DNA from: Nemertoderma westbladi
Taxonomy: Eukaryota > Animalia > Xenacoelomorpha
Direction of reading: 5' to 3'
NCBI GenBank assembly: GCA_032718475.1
Contig: JAUCBJ010004630.1
Location: forward strand, 1-64,000
DNA: 64,000 nt
Positions 38,001 to 53,000 of the stretch are shown one piece after another. The stretch's first letter is position 1. Every line of letters begins with the position of its first letter. The position numbers were made by a program, and so were the translations under genes. The notes beneath the pieces are model-generated. The model saw nothing but the letters and a program-made list of their open reading frames with translations. It searched no databases and was not told the origin of the DNA.

Positions 38001-41000
38001 GATACTATACACTGCCCCCACTTCGAGGCTTTATTTGCTCTCACACAGATACTTTACACTGCCCCCACTTCGAGGCTTTATTTACACTCACACAGATACT
38101 TTACACGAACCCCCTTCGATCGAGGCTTTATTTGCTCTCACACAGATACTTTACACGAACCCCCTTCGATCGAGGCTTTATTTGCACTCACACAGATACT
38201 TTACACTGCCCCCACTTCGAGGCTTTATTTGCTCTCACACAGATACTTTACACGAACCCCCTTCGATCGAGGCTTTATTTGCTCTCACACAGATACTTTA
38301 CACGAACCCCCTTCGATCGAGGCTTTATTTGCACTCACACAGATACTTTACACTGCCCCCACTTCGAGACTTTATTTACACTCACACAGATACTTTACAC
38401 GAACCCCCTTCGATCGAGGCTTTATTTGCACTCACACAGATACTTTACACGAACCCCCTTCGATCGAGGCTTTATTTGCACTCACACAGATACTTTATAC
38501 TGCCCCCACTTCGAGGCTTTATTTACACTCACACAGATACTTTACACGAACCCCCTTCGATCGAGGTTTTATTTGCACTCACACAGATACTTTACACTGC
38601 CCCCACTTCGAGGCTTTATTTACACTCACACAGATACTTTACACGAACCCCCTTCGATCGAGGCTTTATTTGCACTCACACAGATACTTTACACGAACCC
38701 CCTTCGATCGAGGCTTTATTTGCACTCACACAGATACTTTACACTGCCCCCACTTCGAGGCTTTATTTGCACTCACACAGATACTTTACACGAACCCCCT
38801 TCGATCGAGGTTTTATTTACACTCACACAGATACTTTACACGAACCCCCTTCGATCGAGGCTTTATTTACACTCACACAGATACTTTACACGAACCCCCT
38901 TCGATCGAGGCTTTATTTGCACTCACACAGATACTTTACACGAACCCCCTTCGATCGAGGCTTTATTTGCACTCACACAGATACTTTACACGAACCCCCT
39001 TCGATCGAGGCTTTATTTGCACTCACACAGATACTTTACATGAACCCCCTTCGATCGAGGCTTTATTTGCACTCACACAGATACTTTACACGAACCCCCT
39101 TCGATCGAGGCTTTATTTGCACTCACACAGATACTTTACACTGCCCCCACTTCGAGGCTTTATTTGCACTCACACAGATACTTTACACTGCCCCCACTTC
39201 GAGGCTTTATTTACACTCACACAGATACTTTACACGAACCCCCTTCGATCGAGGCTTTATTTGCACTCACACAGATACTTTACACGAACCCCCTTCGATC
39301 GAGGCTTTATTTACACTCACACAGATACTTTACACTGCCCCCACTTCGAGGCTTTATTTACACTCACACAGATACTTTACACTGCCCCCACTTCGAGGCT
39401 TTATTTGCACTCACACAGATACTTTACACTGCCCCCACTTCGAGGCTTTATTTGCACTCACACAGATACTTTACACTGCCCCCACTTCGAGGCTTTATTT
39501 ACACTCACACAGATACTTTACACTGCCCCCACTTCGAGTCTTTATTTACACTCACACAGATACTTTACACGAACCCCCTTCGATCGAGGCTTTATTTACA
39601 CTCACACAGATACTTTACACTGCCCCCACTTCGAGGCTTTATTTGCACTCACACAGATACTTTACACTGCCCCCACTTCGAGTCTTTATTTACACTCACA
39701 CAGATACTTTACACGAACCCCCTTCGATCGAGGCTTTATTTACACTCACACAGATACTTTACACTGCCCCCACTTCGAGGCTTTATTTACACTCACACAG
39801 ATACTTTACACTGCCCCCACTTCGAGGCTTTATTTGCACTCACACAGATACTTTACACTGCCCCCACTTCGAGTCTTTATTTACACTCACACAGATACTT
39901 TACACGAACCCCCTTCGATCGAGGCTTTATTTACACTCACACAGATACTTTACACTGCCCCCACTTCGAGGCTTTATTTGCACTCACACAGATACTTTAC
40001 ACTGCCCCCACTTCGAGGCTTTATTTGCACTCACACAGATACTTTACACTGCCCCCACTTCGAGGCTTTATTTACACTCACACAGATACTTTACACTGCC
40101 CCCACTTCGAGTCTTTATTTACACTCACACAGATACTTTACACGAACCCCCTTCGATCGAGGCTTTATTTGCACTCACACAGATACTTTACACTGCCCCC
40201 ACTTCGAGGCTTTATTTACACTCACACAGATACTTTACACGAACCCCCTTCGATCGAGGCTTTATTTACACTCACACAGATACTTTACACTGCCCCCACT
40301 TCGAGACTTTATTTGCACTCACACAGATACTTTACACTGCCCCCACTTCGAGGCTTTATTTGCACTCACACAGATACTTTACACTGAACCCACTTCGATC
40401 GAGGCTTTATTTGCACTCACACAGATACTTTACTCTGCCCTCACTTCGAGGCTTTATTTGCACTCACACAGATACTTTACACTGCCCAAACTTCGAGGCT
40501 TTATTTGCACTCACACAGATACTTTACACTGCCCCCACTTCGAGGTTTTATTTACACTCACACAGATACTTTACACTGCCCCCACTTCGAGGCTTTATTT
40601 GCACTCACACAGATACTTTATACTGCCCCCACTTCGAGGCTTTATTTGCACTCACACAGATATCCTACACTGCCCCCACTTCGAGGCTTTATTTGCACTC
40701 ACACAGATACTTTACACTGCCCCCACTTCGAGTCTTTATTTACACTCACACAGATACTTTACACTGCCCCCACTTCGAGGCTTTATTTGCACTCACACAG
40801 ATACTTTACACTGCCCAAACTTCGAGGCTTTATTTGCACTCACACAGATACTTTACACTGCCCCACTTCGAGACTTTATTTGCACTCACACAGATACTTT
40901 ACACGAACCCCCTTCGATCGAGGCTTTATTTGCACTCACACAGATACTTTACACTGCCCCCACTTCGAGGCTTTATTTGCACTCACACAGATACTTTACA

Positions 41001-44000
41001 CTGCCCCCACTTCGAGGCTTTATTTGCACTCACACAGATACTTTACACTGCCCCCACTTCGAGGCTTTATTTGCACTCACACAGATACTTTACACTGCCC
41101 CCACTTCGAGGCTTTATTTACACTCACACAGATACTTTACACTGCCCCCACTTCGAGGCTTTATTTGCACTCACACAGATACTTTACACTGCCCCCACTT
41201 CGAGGCTTTATTTACACTCACACAGATACTTTACACTGAACCCACTTCGATCGAGGCTTTATTTGCACTCACACAGATACTTTACACTGCCCAAACTTCG
41301 AGGCTTTATTTACACTCACACAGATACTTTACACTGCCCCCACTTCGAGTCTTTATTTACACTCACACAGATACTTTACACGAACCCCCTTCGATCGAGG
41401 TTTTATTTACACTCACACAGATACTTTACACGAACCCCCTTCGATCGAGTCTTTATTTACACTCACACAGATACTTTACACGAACCCCCTTCGATCGAGG
41501 CTTTATTTACACTCACACAGATACTTTACACTGCCCCCACTTCGAGGCTTTATTTGCACTCACACAGATACTTTACACGAACCCCCTTCGATCGAGGCTT
41601 TATTTACACTCACACAGATACTTTACACGAACCCCCTTCGATCGAGGCTTTATTTGCACTCACACAGATACTTTACACTGCCCCCACTTCGAGGCTTTAT
41701 TTACACTCACACAGATACTTTACACTGCCCCCACTTCGAGGCTTTATTTGCACTCACACAGATACTTTACACGAACCCCCTTCGATCGAGGCTTTATTTG
41801 CACTCACACAGATACTTTACACTGCCCCCACTTCGAGGCTTTATTTACACTCACACAGATACTTTATACTGCCCCCACTTCGAGGCTTTATTTACACTCA
41901 CACAGATACTTTACACTGCCCCCACTTCGAGGCTTTATTTACACTCACACAGATACTTTACACTGCCCCCACTTCGTGGCTTTATTTGCACTCACACAGA
42001 TACTTTACACGAACCCCCTTCGAGGCTTTATTTGCACTCACACAGATACTTTATACTGCCCCCACTTCGAGGCTTTATTTACACTCACACAGATACTTTA
42101 TACTGCCCCCACTTCGAGGCTTTATTTGCACTCACACAGATACTTTATACTGCCCCCACTTCGAGGCTTTATTTACACTCACACAGATACTTTACACTGC
42201 CCCCACTTCGTGGCTTTATTTGCACTCACACAGATACTTTACACGAACCCCCTTCGAGGCTTTATTTGCACTCACACAGATACTTTATACTGCCCCCACT
42301 TCGTGGCTTTATTTGCACTCACACAGATACTTTACACTGCCCCCACTTCGAGGCTTTATTTGCACTCACACAGATACTTTACACGAACCCCCTTCGATCG
42401 AGGCTTTATTTGCACTCACACAGATACTTTACACTGCCCCCACTTCGAGGCTTTATTTACACTCACACAGATACTTTATACTGCACCCACTTCGAGGCTT
42501 TATTTACACTCACACAGATACTTTATACTGCACCCACTTCGAGGCTTTATTTACACTCACACAGATACTTTACACTGCCCCCACTTCGAGGCTTTATTTA
42601 CACTCACACAGATACTTTACACGAACCCCCTTCGATCGAGGCTTTATTTGCACTCACACAGATACTTTACACTGCCCCCACTTCGAGGCTTTATTTACAC
42701 TCACACAGATACTTTATACTGCCCCCACTTCGAGGCTTTATTTGCACTCACACAGATACTTTACACGAACCCCCTTCGATCGAGGCTTTATTTGCACTCA
42801 CACAGATACTTTACACTGCCCCCACTTCGAGGCTTTATTTACACTCACACAGATACTTTACACTGCCCCCACTTCGAGGCTTTATTTACACTCACACAGA
42901 TACTTTACACGAACCCCCTTCGATCGAGGCTTTATTTGCACTCACACAGATACTTTACACTGCCCCCACTTCGAGGCTTTATTTACACTCACACAGATAC
43001 TTTATACTGCCCCCACTTCGAGGCTTTATTTACACTCACACAGATACTTTACACTGCCCCCACTTCGAGGCTTTATTTACACTCACACAGATACTTTACA
43101 CGAACCCCCTTCGATCGAGGCTTTATTTGCACTCACACAGATACTTTACACGAACCCCCTTCGATCGAGGCTTTATTTGCACTCACACAGATACTTTACA
43201 CTGCCCCCACTTCGAGGCTTTATTTACACTCACACAGATACTTTATACTGCCCCCACTTCGAGGCTTTATTTACACTCACACAGATACTTTACACTGCCC
43301 CCACTTCGAGGCTTTATTTACACTCACACAGATACTTTACACTGCCCCCACTTCGAGGCTTTATTTGCACTCACACAGATACTTTACACGAACCCCCTTC
43401 GATCGAGGCTTTATTTGCACTCACACAGATACTTTACACTGCCCCCACTTCGAGGCTTTATTTACACTCACACAGATACTTTACACTGCCCCCACTTCGA
43501 GGCTTTATTTACACTCACACAGATACTTTATACTGCACCCACTTCGAGGCTTTATTTACACTCACACAGATACTTTATACTGCACCCACTTCGAGGCTTT
43601 ATTTACACTCACACAGATACTTTACACTGCCCCCACTTCGAGGCTTTATTTACACTCACACAGATACTTTACACGAACCCCCTTCGATCGAGGCTTTATT
43701 TGCACTCACACAGATACTTTACACTGCCCCCACTTCGAGGCTTTATTTGCACTCACACAGATACTTTACACTGCCCCCACTTCGAGGCTTTATTTACACT
43801 CACACAGATACTTTACACTGCCCCCACTTCGAGGCTTTATTTACACTCACACAGATACTTTACACGAACCCCCTTCGATCGAGGCTTTATTTGCACTCAC
43901 ACAGATACTTTACACTGCCCCCACTTCGAGGCTTTATTTACACTCACACAGATACTTTACACTGCCCCCACTTCGAGGCTTTATTTGCACTCACACAGAT

Positions 44001-47000
44001 ACTTTACACTGCCCCCACTTCGAGGCTTTATTTGCACTCACACAGATACTTTACACTGCCCCCACTTCGAGGCTTTATTTGCACTCACACAGATACTTTA
44101 CACTGCCCCCACTTCGAGGCTTTATTTACACTCACACAGATACTTTACACTGCCCCCACTTCGAGGCTTTATTTACACTCACACAGATACTTTACACGAA
44201 CCCCCTTCGATCGAGGCTTTATTTGCACTCACACAGATACTTTACACTGCCCCCACTTCGTGGCTTTATTTACACTCACACAGATACTTTACACTGCCCC
44301 CACTTCGAGGCTTTATTTGCACTCACACAGATACTTTACACTGCCCCCACTTCGAGGCTTTATTTGCACTCACACAGATACTTTACACTGCCCCCACTTC
44401 GAGGCTTTATTTGCACTCACACAGATACTTTATACTGCCCCCACTTCGAGGCTTTATTTGCACTCACACAGATACTTTACACGAACCCCCTTCGAGGCTT
44501 TATTTACACTCACACAGATACTTTACACTGCCCCCACTTCGAGGCTTTATTTGCACTCACACAGATACTTTACACTGCCCCCACTTCGAGGCTTTATTTA
44601 CACTCACACAGATACTTTACACTGCCCCCACTTCGAGGCTTTATTTACACTCACACAGATACTTTACACTGCCCCCACTTCGAGGCTTTATTTGCACTCA
44701 CACAGATACTTTACACTGCCCCCACTTCGAGGCTTTATTTACACTCACACAGATACTTTATACTGCCCCCACTTCGAGGCTTTATTTACACTCACACAGA
44801 TACTTTACACGAACCCCCTTCGATCGAGGTTTTATTTACACTCACACAGATACTTTACACTGCCCCCCCTTCGTGGCTTTATTTACACTCACACAGATAC
44901 TTTACACGAACCCCCTTCGATCGAGGTTTTATTTACACTCACACAGATACTTTACACGAACCCCCTTCGATCGAGGTTTTATTTACACTCACACAGATAC
45001 TTTACACGAACCCACTTCGAGGCTTTATTTGCACTCACACAGATACTTTACACTGCCCCCACTTCGAGGCTTTATTTGCACTCACACAGATACTTTACAC
45101 TGCCCCCACTTCGAGGCTTTATTTGCACTCACACAGATACTTTACACTGCCCCCACTTCGAGGTTTTATTTGCACTCACACAGATACTTTACACTGCCCC
45201 CACTTCGAGGCTTTATTTGCACTCACACAGATACTTTACACTGCCCCCACTTCGAGGCTTTATTTACACTCACACAGATACTTTACACTGCCCCCACTTC
45301 GAGGCTTTATTTGCACTCACACAGATACTTTACACTGCCCCCACTTCGAGGCTTTATTTGCACTCACACAGATACTTTACACTGCCCCCACTTCGAGGCT
45401 TTATTTACACTCACACAGATACTTTACACGAACCCCCTTCGATCGAGGCTTTATTTGCACTCACACAGATACTTTACACTGCCCCCACTTCGAGACTTTA
45501 TTTACACTCACACAGATACTTTACACGAACCCCCTTCGATCGAGGCTTTATTTACACTCACACAGATACTTTACACTGCCCCCCCTTCGTGGCTTTATTT
45601 ACACTCACACAGATACTTTCCCTTTCCCCACTTCGAGGCTTTATTTGCACTCACACAGATACTTTACACTGCCCCCCCTTCGTGGCTTTATTTACACTCA
45701 CACAGATACTTTACACGAACCCCCTTCGATCGAGGTTTTATTTACACTCACACAGATACTTTACACGAACCCCCTTCGATCGAGGTTTTATTTACACTCA
45801 CACAGATACTTTACACGAACCCACTTCGAGGCTTTATTTGCACTCACACAGATACTTTACACTGCCCCCACTTCGAGGCTTTATTTGCACTCACACAGAT
45901 ACTTTACACTGCCCCCACTTCGAGACTTTATTTACACTCACACAGATACTTTACACGAACCCCCTTCGATCGAGGCTTTATTTACACTCACACAGATACT
46001 TTACACTGCCCCCCCTTCGTGGCTTTATTTACACTCACACAGATACTTTCCCTTTCCCCACTTCGAGGCTTTATTTGCACTCACACAGATACTTTACACT
46101 GCCCCCACTTCGAGGCTTTATTTGCACTCACACAGATACTTTACACTGCCCCCACTTCGAGGCTTTATTTACACTCACACAGATACTTTACACGAACCCC
46201 CTTCGATCGAGGCTTTATTTGCACTCACACAGATACTTTACACTGCCCCCACTTCGAGACTTTATTTACACTCACACAGATACTTTACACGAACCCCCTT
46301 CGATCGAGGCTTTATTTACACTCACACAGATACTTTACACTGCCCCCCCTTCGTGGCTTTATTTACACTCACACAGATACTTTCCCTTTCCCCACTTCGA
46401 GGCTTTATTTGCACTCACACAGATACTTTACACTGCCCCCACTTCGAGGCTTTATTTGCACTCACACAGATACTTTACACTGCCCCCACTTCGAGGCTTT
46501 ATTTGCACTCACACAGACACTTTACACTGCCCCCACTTCGTGGCTTTATTTACACTCACACAGATACTTTACACGAACCCCCTTCGATCGAGGCTTTATT
46601 TACACTCACACAGATACTTTATACTGCCCCCACTTCGAGGCTTTATTTACACTCACACAGATACTTTACACGAACCCCCTTCGATCGAGGCTTTATTTAC
46701 ACTCACACAGATACTTTACACTGCCCCCACTTCGAGGCTTTATTTGCACTCACACAGATACTTTACACGAACCCCCTTCGATCGAGGCTTTATTTACACT
46801 CACACAGATACTTTACACTGCCCCCACTTCGAGGCTTTATTTACACTCACACAGATACTTTACACGAACCCCCTTCGATCGAGGCTTTATTTACACTCAC
46901 ACAGATACTTTATACTGCCCCCACTTCGAGGCTTTATTTACACTCACACAGATACTTTACACGAACCCCCTTCGATCGAGGCTTTATTTGCACTCACACA

Positions 47001-50000
47001 GATACTTTACACTGCCCCACTTCGAGGCTTTATTTACACTCACACAGATACTTTACACTGCCCCCACTTCGAGGCTTTATTTGCACTCACACAGATACTT
47101 TACACTGCCCCCACTTCGAGGCTTTATTTACACTCACACAGATACTTTACACGAACCCCCTTCGATCGAGGCTTTATTTGCACTCACACAGATACTTTAC
47201 ACTGCCCCCACTTCGAGACTTTATTTACACTCACACAGATACTTTACACGAACCCCCTTCGATCGAGGCTTTATTTGCACTCACACAGATACTTTACACG
47301 AACCCCCTTCGATCGAGGCTTTATTTGCACTCACACAGATACTTTACACTGCCCCCACTTCGAGGCTTTATTTACACTCACACAGATACTTTACACGAAC
47401 CCCCTTCGATCGAGGCTTTATTTGCACTCACACAGATACTTTACACTGCCCCCACTTCGAGGCTTTATTTACACTCACACAGATACTTTACACGAACCCC
47501 CTTCGATCGAGGCTTTATTTGCACTCACACAGATACTTTACACTGCCCCCACTTCGAGACTTTATTTACACTCACACAGATACTTTACACGAACCCCCTT
47601 CGATCGAGGCTTTATTTGCACTCACACAGATACTTTACACTGCCCCCACTTCGAGGCTTTATTTACACTCACACAGATACTTTACACGAACCCCCTTCGA
47701 TCGAGGCTTTATTTACACTCACACAGATACTTTACACGAACCCCCTTCGATCGAGGCTTTATTTGCACTCACACAGATACTTTACACTGCCCCCACTTCG
47801 AGGCTTTATTTACACTCACACAGATACTTTACACGAACCCCCTTCGATCGAGGCTTTATTTGCACTCACACAGATACTTTACACTGCCCCCCCTTCGTGG
47901 CTTTATTTACACTCACACAGATACTTTACACTGCCCCCACTTCGAGGCTTTATTTGCACTCACACAGATACTTTACACTGCCCCCACTTCGAGGCTTTAT
48001 TTGCACTCACACAGATACTTTACACGAACCCCCTTCGATCGAGGCTTTATTTGCACTCACACAGATACTTTACACTGCCCCCACTTCGAGGCTTTATTTA
48101 CACTCACACAGATACTTTACACTGCCCCCACTTCGAGGCTTTATTTACACTCACACATATACTTTACACTGCCCCCACTTCGAGGCTTTATTTACACTCA
48201 CACAGATACTTTACACTGCCCCCACTTCGAGGCTTTATTTACACTCACACAGATACTTTACACTGCCCCCACTTCGAGGCTTTATTTACACTCACACAGA
48301 TACTTTACACGAACCCCCTTCGATCGAGGCTTTATTTGCACTCACACAGATACTTTACACTGCCCCCACTTCGAGGCTTTATTTACACTCACACAGATAC
48401 TTTACACTGCCCCCACTTCGAGGCTTTATTTGCACTCACACAGATACTTTATACTGCCCCCACTTCGAGGCTTTATTTGCACTCACACAGATACTTTACA
48501 CGAACCCCCTTCGATCGAGGCTTTATTTGCACTCACACAGATACTTTACACTGCCCCCACTTCGAGGCTTTATTTGCACTCACACAGATACTTTACACTG
48601 CCCCCACTTCGAGGTTTTATTTGCACTCACACAGATACTTTACACTGCCCCCACTTCGAGGCTTTATTTACACTCACACAGATACTTTACACTGCCCCCA
48701 CTTCGAGGCTTTATTTACACTCACACAGATACTTTACACTGCCCCCACTTCGAGGCTTTATTTACACTCACACAGATACTTTACACGAACCCCCTTCGAT
48801 CGAGGCTTTATTTGCACTCACACAGATACTTTACACTGCCCCCACTTCGAGGCTTTATTTACACTCACACAGATACTTTACACTGCCCCCACTTCGAGGC
48901 TTTATTTACACTCACACAGATACTTTACACGAACCCCCTTCGATCGAGGCTTTATTTGCACTCACACAGATACTTTACACTGCCCCCACTTCGAGGCTTT
49001 ATTTACACTCACACAGATACTTTACACGAACCCCCTTCGATCGAGGCTTTATTTGCACTCACACAGATACTTTACACTGCCCCCACTTCGAGGCTTTATT
49101 TGCACTCACACAGATACTTTACACTGCCCCCACTTCGAGGCTTTATTTACACTCACACAGATACTTTACACGAACCCCCTTCGATCGAGGCTTTATTTAC
49201 ACTCACACAGATACTTTACACGAACCCCCTTCGATCGAGGCTTTATTTACACTCACACAGATACTTTACACGAACCCCCTTCGATCGAGGCTTTATTTAC
49301 ACTCACACAGATACTTTACACTGCCCCCACTTCGAGGCTTTATTTACACTCACACAGATACTTTACACGAACCCCCTTCGATCGAGGCTTTATTTGCACT
49401 CACACAGATACTTTACACTGCCCCCACTTCGAGGCTTTATTTACACTCACACAGATACTTTACACGAACCCCCTTCGATCGAGGCTTTATTTGCACTCAC
49501 ACAGATACTTTACACTGCCCCCACTTCGAGGCTTTATTTGCACTCACACAGATACTTTACACTGCCCCCACTTCGAGGCTTTATTTACACTCACACAGAT
49601 ACTTTACACGAACCCCCTTCGATCGAGGCTTTATTTGCACTCACACAGATACTTTACACGAACCCCCTTCGATCGAGGCTTTATTTGCACTCACACAGAT
49701 ACTTTACACTGCCCCCACTTCGAGGCTTTATTTACACTCACACAGATACTTTACACGAACCCCCTTCGATCGAGGCTTTATTTGCACTCACACAGATACT
49801 TTACACTGCCCCCACTTCGAGGCTTTATTTGCACTCACACACATACTTTATACTGCCCCCACTTCGAGGCTTTATTTGCACTCACACAGATACTTTACAC
49901 GAACCCCCTTCGATCGAGGCTTTATTTGCACTCACACAGATACTTTACACTGCCCCCACTTCGAGGCTTTATTTGCACTCACACAGATACTTTACACTGC

Positions 50001-53000
50001 CCCCACTTCGAGGCTTTATTTACACTCACACAGATACTTTACACTGCCCCCACTTCGAGGCTTTATTTGCACTCACACAGATACTTTACACTGCCCCCAC
50101 TTCGAGGCTTTATTTGCACTCACACAGATACTTTACACTGCCCCCACTTCGAGGCTTTATTTACACTCACACAGATACTTTACACTGCCCCCACTTCGAG
50201 GCTCTATTTGCACTCACACAGATACTTTACACTGCCCCCACTTCGAGGCTTTATTTGCACTCACACAGATACTTTACACTGCCCCCACTTCGAGGCTTTA
50301 TTTGCACTCACACAGATACTTTACACTGCCCCCACTTCGAGGCTTTATTTGCACTCACACAGATACTTTACACTGCCCCCACTTCGAGGCTTTATTTACA
50401 CTCACACAGATACTTTACACTGCCCCCACTTCGAGGCTCTATTTGCACTCACACAGATACTTTACACTGCCCCCACTTCGAGGCTTTATTTACACTCACA
50501 CAGATAATTTACACTGCCCCCACTTCGAGGCTTTATTTACACTCACACAGATACTTTACACGAACCCCCTTCGATCGAGGCTTTATTTGCACTCACACAG
50601 ATACTTTACACTGCCCCCACTTCGAGGCTTTATTTGCACTCACACAGATACTTTATACTGCCCCCACTTCGAGGCTTTATTTACACTCACACAGATACTT
50701 TACACGAACCCCCTTCGATCGAGGCTTTATTTGCACTCACACAGATACTTTACACTGCCCCCACTTCGAGGCTTTATTTACACTCACACAGATACTTTAC
50801 ACGAACCCCCTTCGATCGAGGCTTTATTTGCACTCACACAGATACTTTACACGAACCCCCTTCGATCGAGGCTTTATTTGCACTCACACAGATACTTTAT
50901 ACTGCCCCCACTTCGAGGCTTTATTTGCACTCACACAGATACTTTACACTGCCCCCACTTCGAGGTTTTATTTGCACTCACACAGATACTTTACACTGCC
51001 CCCACTTCGAGGCTTTATTTACACTCACACAGATACTTTACACTGCCCCCACTTCGAGGCTTTATTTGCACTCACACAGATACTTTACACGAACCCCCTT
51101 CGATCGAGGCTTTATTTGCACTCACACAGATACTTTACACTGCCCCCACTTCGAGGCTTTATTTGCACTCACACAGATACTTTACACTGCCCCCACTTCG
51201 AGGTTTTATTTACACTCACACAGATACTTTACACTGCCCCCACTTCGAGGTTTTATTTGCACTCACACAGATACTTTACACTGCCCCCACTTCGAGGCTT
51301 TATTTACACTCACACAGAAACTTTACACTGCCCCCACTTCGAGGCTTTATTTGCACTCACACAGATACTTTACACTGCCCCCACTTCGAGGTTTTATTTA
51401 CACTCACACAGATACTTTACACTGCCCCCACTTCGAGGTTTTATTTACACTCACACAGATACTTTACACTGCCCCCACTTCGAGGCTTTATTTGCACTCA
51501 CACAGATACTTTACACTGCCCCCACTTCGAGGCTTTATTTACACTCACACAGATACTTTACACTGCCCCCACTTCGAGGCTTTATTTGCACTCACACAGA
51601 TACTTTACACTGCCCCCACTTCGAGGCTTTATTTGCACTCACACAGATACTTTACACTGCCCCCACTTCGAGGCTTTATTTGCACTCACACAGATACTTT
51701 ACACTGCCCCCACTTCGTGGCTTTATTTGCACTCACACAGATACTTTACACTGCCCCCACTTCGAGGTTTTATTTACACTCACACAGATACTTTACACTG
51801 CCCCCACTTCGAGGTTTTATTTGCACTCACACAGATACTTTACACTGCCCCCACTTCGAGGCTTTATTTACACTCACACAGATACTTTACACTGCCCCCA
51901 CTTCGAGGCTTTATTTGCACTCACACAGATACTTTACACTGCCCCCACTTCGAGGCTTTATTTGCACTCACACAGATACTTTACACTGCCCCCACTTCGA
52001 GGCTTTATTTGCACTCACACAGATACTTTACACTGCCCCCACTTCGTGGCTTTATTTGCACTCACACAGATACTTTACACTGCCCCCACTTCGAGGCTTT
52101 ATTTGCACTCACACAGATACTTTATACTGCCCCCACTTCGAGGCTTTATTTGCACTCACACAGATACTTTACACTGCCCCACTTCGAGACTTTATTTGCA
52201 CTCACACAGATACTTTACACTGCCCCCACTTCGAGGCTTTATTTACACTCACACAGATACTTTACACTGCCCCCACTTCGAGGCTTTATTTGCACTCACA
52301 CAGATACTTTACACGAACCCCCTTCGATCGAGGTTTTATTTACACTCACACAGATACTTTACACGAACCCCCTTCGATCGAGGCTTTATTTGCACTCACA
52401 CAGATACTTTACACTGCCCCCACTTCGAGGCTTTATTTACACTCACACAGATACTTTACACTGCCCCCACTTCGAGGCTTTATTTACACTCACACAGATA
52501 CTTTACACGAACCCCCTTCGATCGAGGCTTTATTTGCACTCACACAGATACTTTACACTGCCCCACTTCGAGACTTTATTTGCACTCACACAGATACTTT
52601 ACACTGCCCCCACTTCGAGGCTTTATTTACACTCACACAGATACTTTACACTGCCCCCACTTCGAGGCTTTATTTACACTCACACAGATACTTTACACGA
52701 ACCCCCTTCGATCGAGGCTTTATTTGCACTCACACAGATACTTTACACTGCCCCCACTTCGAGGCTTTATTTGCACTCACACAGATACTTTACACTGCCC
52801 CCACTTCGAGGCTTTATTTGCACTCACACAGATACTTTACACTGCCCCCACTTCGAGGCTTTATTTGCACTCACACAGATACTTTATACTGCCCCCACTT
52901 CGAGGCTTTATTTGCACTCACACAGATACTTTACACTGCCCCCACTTCGAGACTTTATTTACACTCACACAGATACTTTACACGAACCCCCTTCGATCGA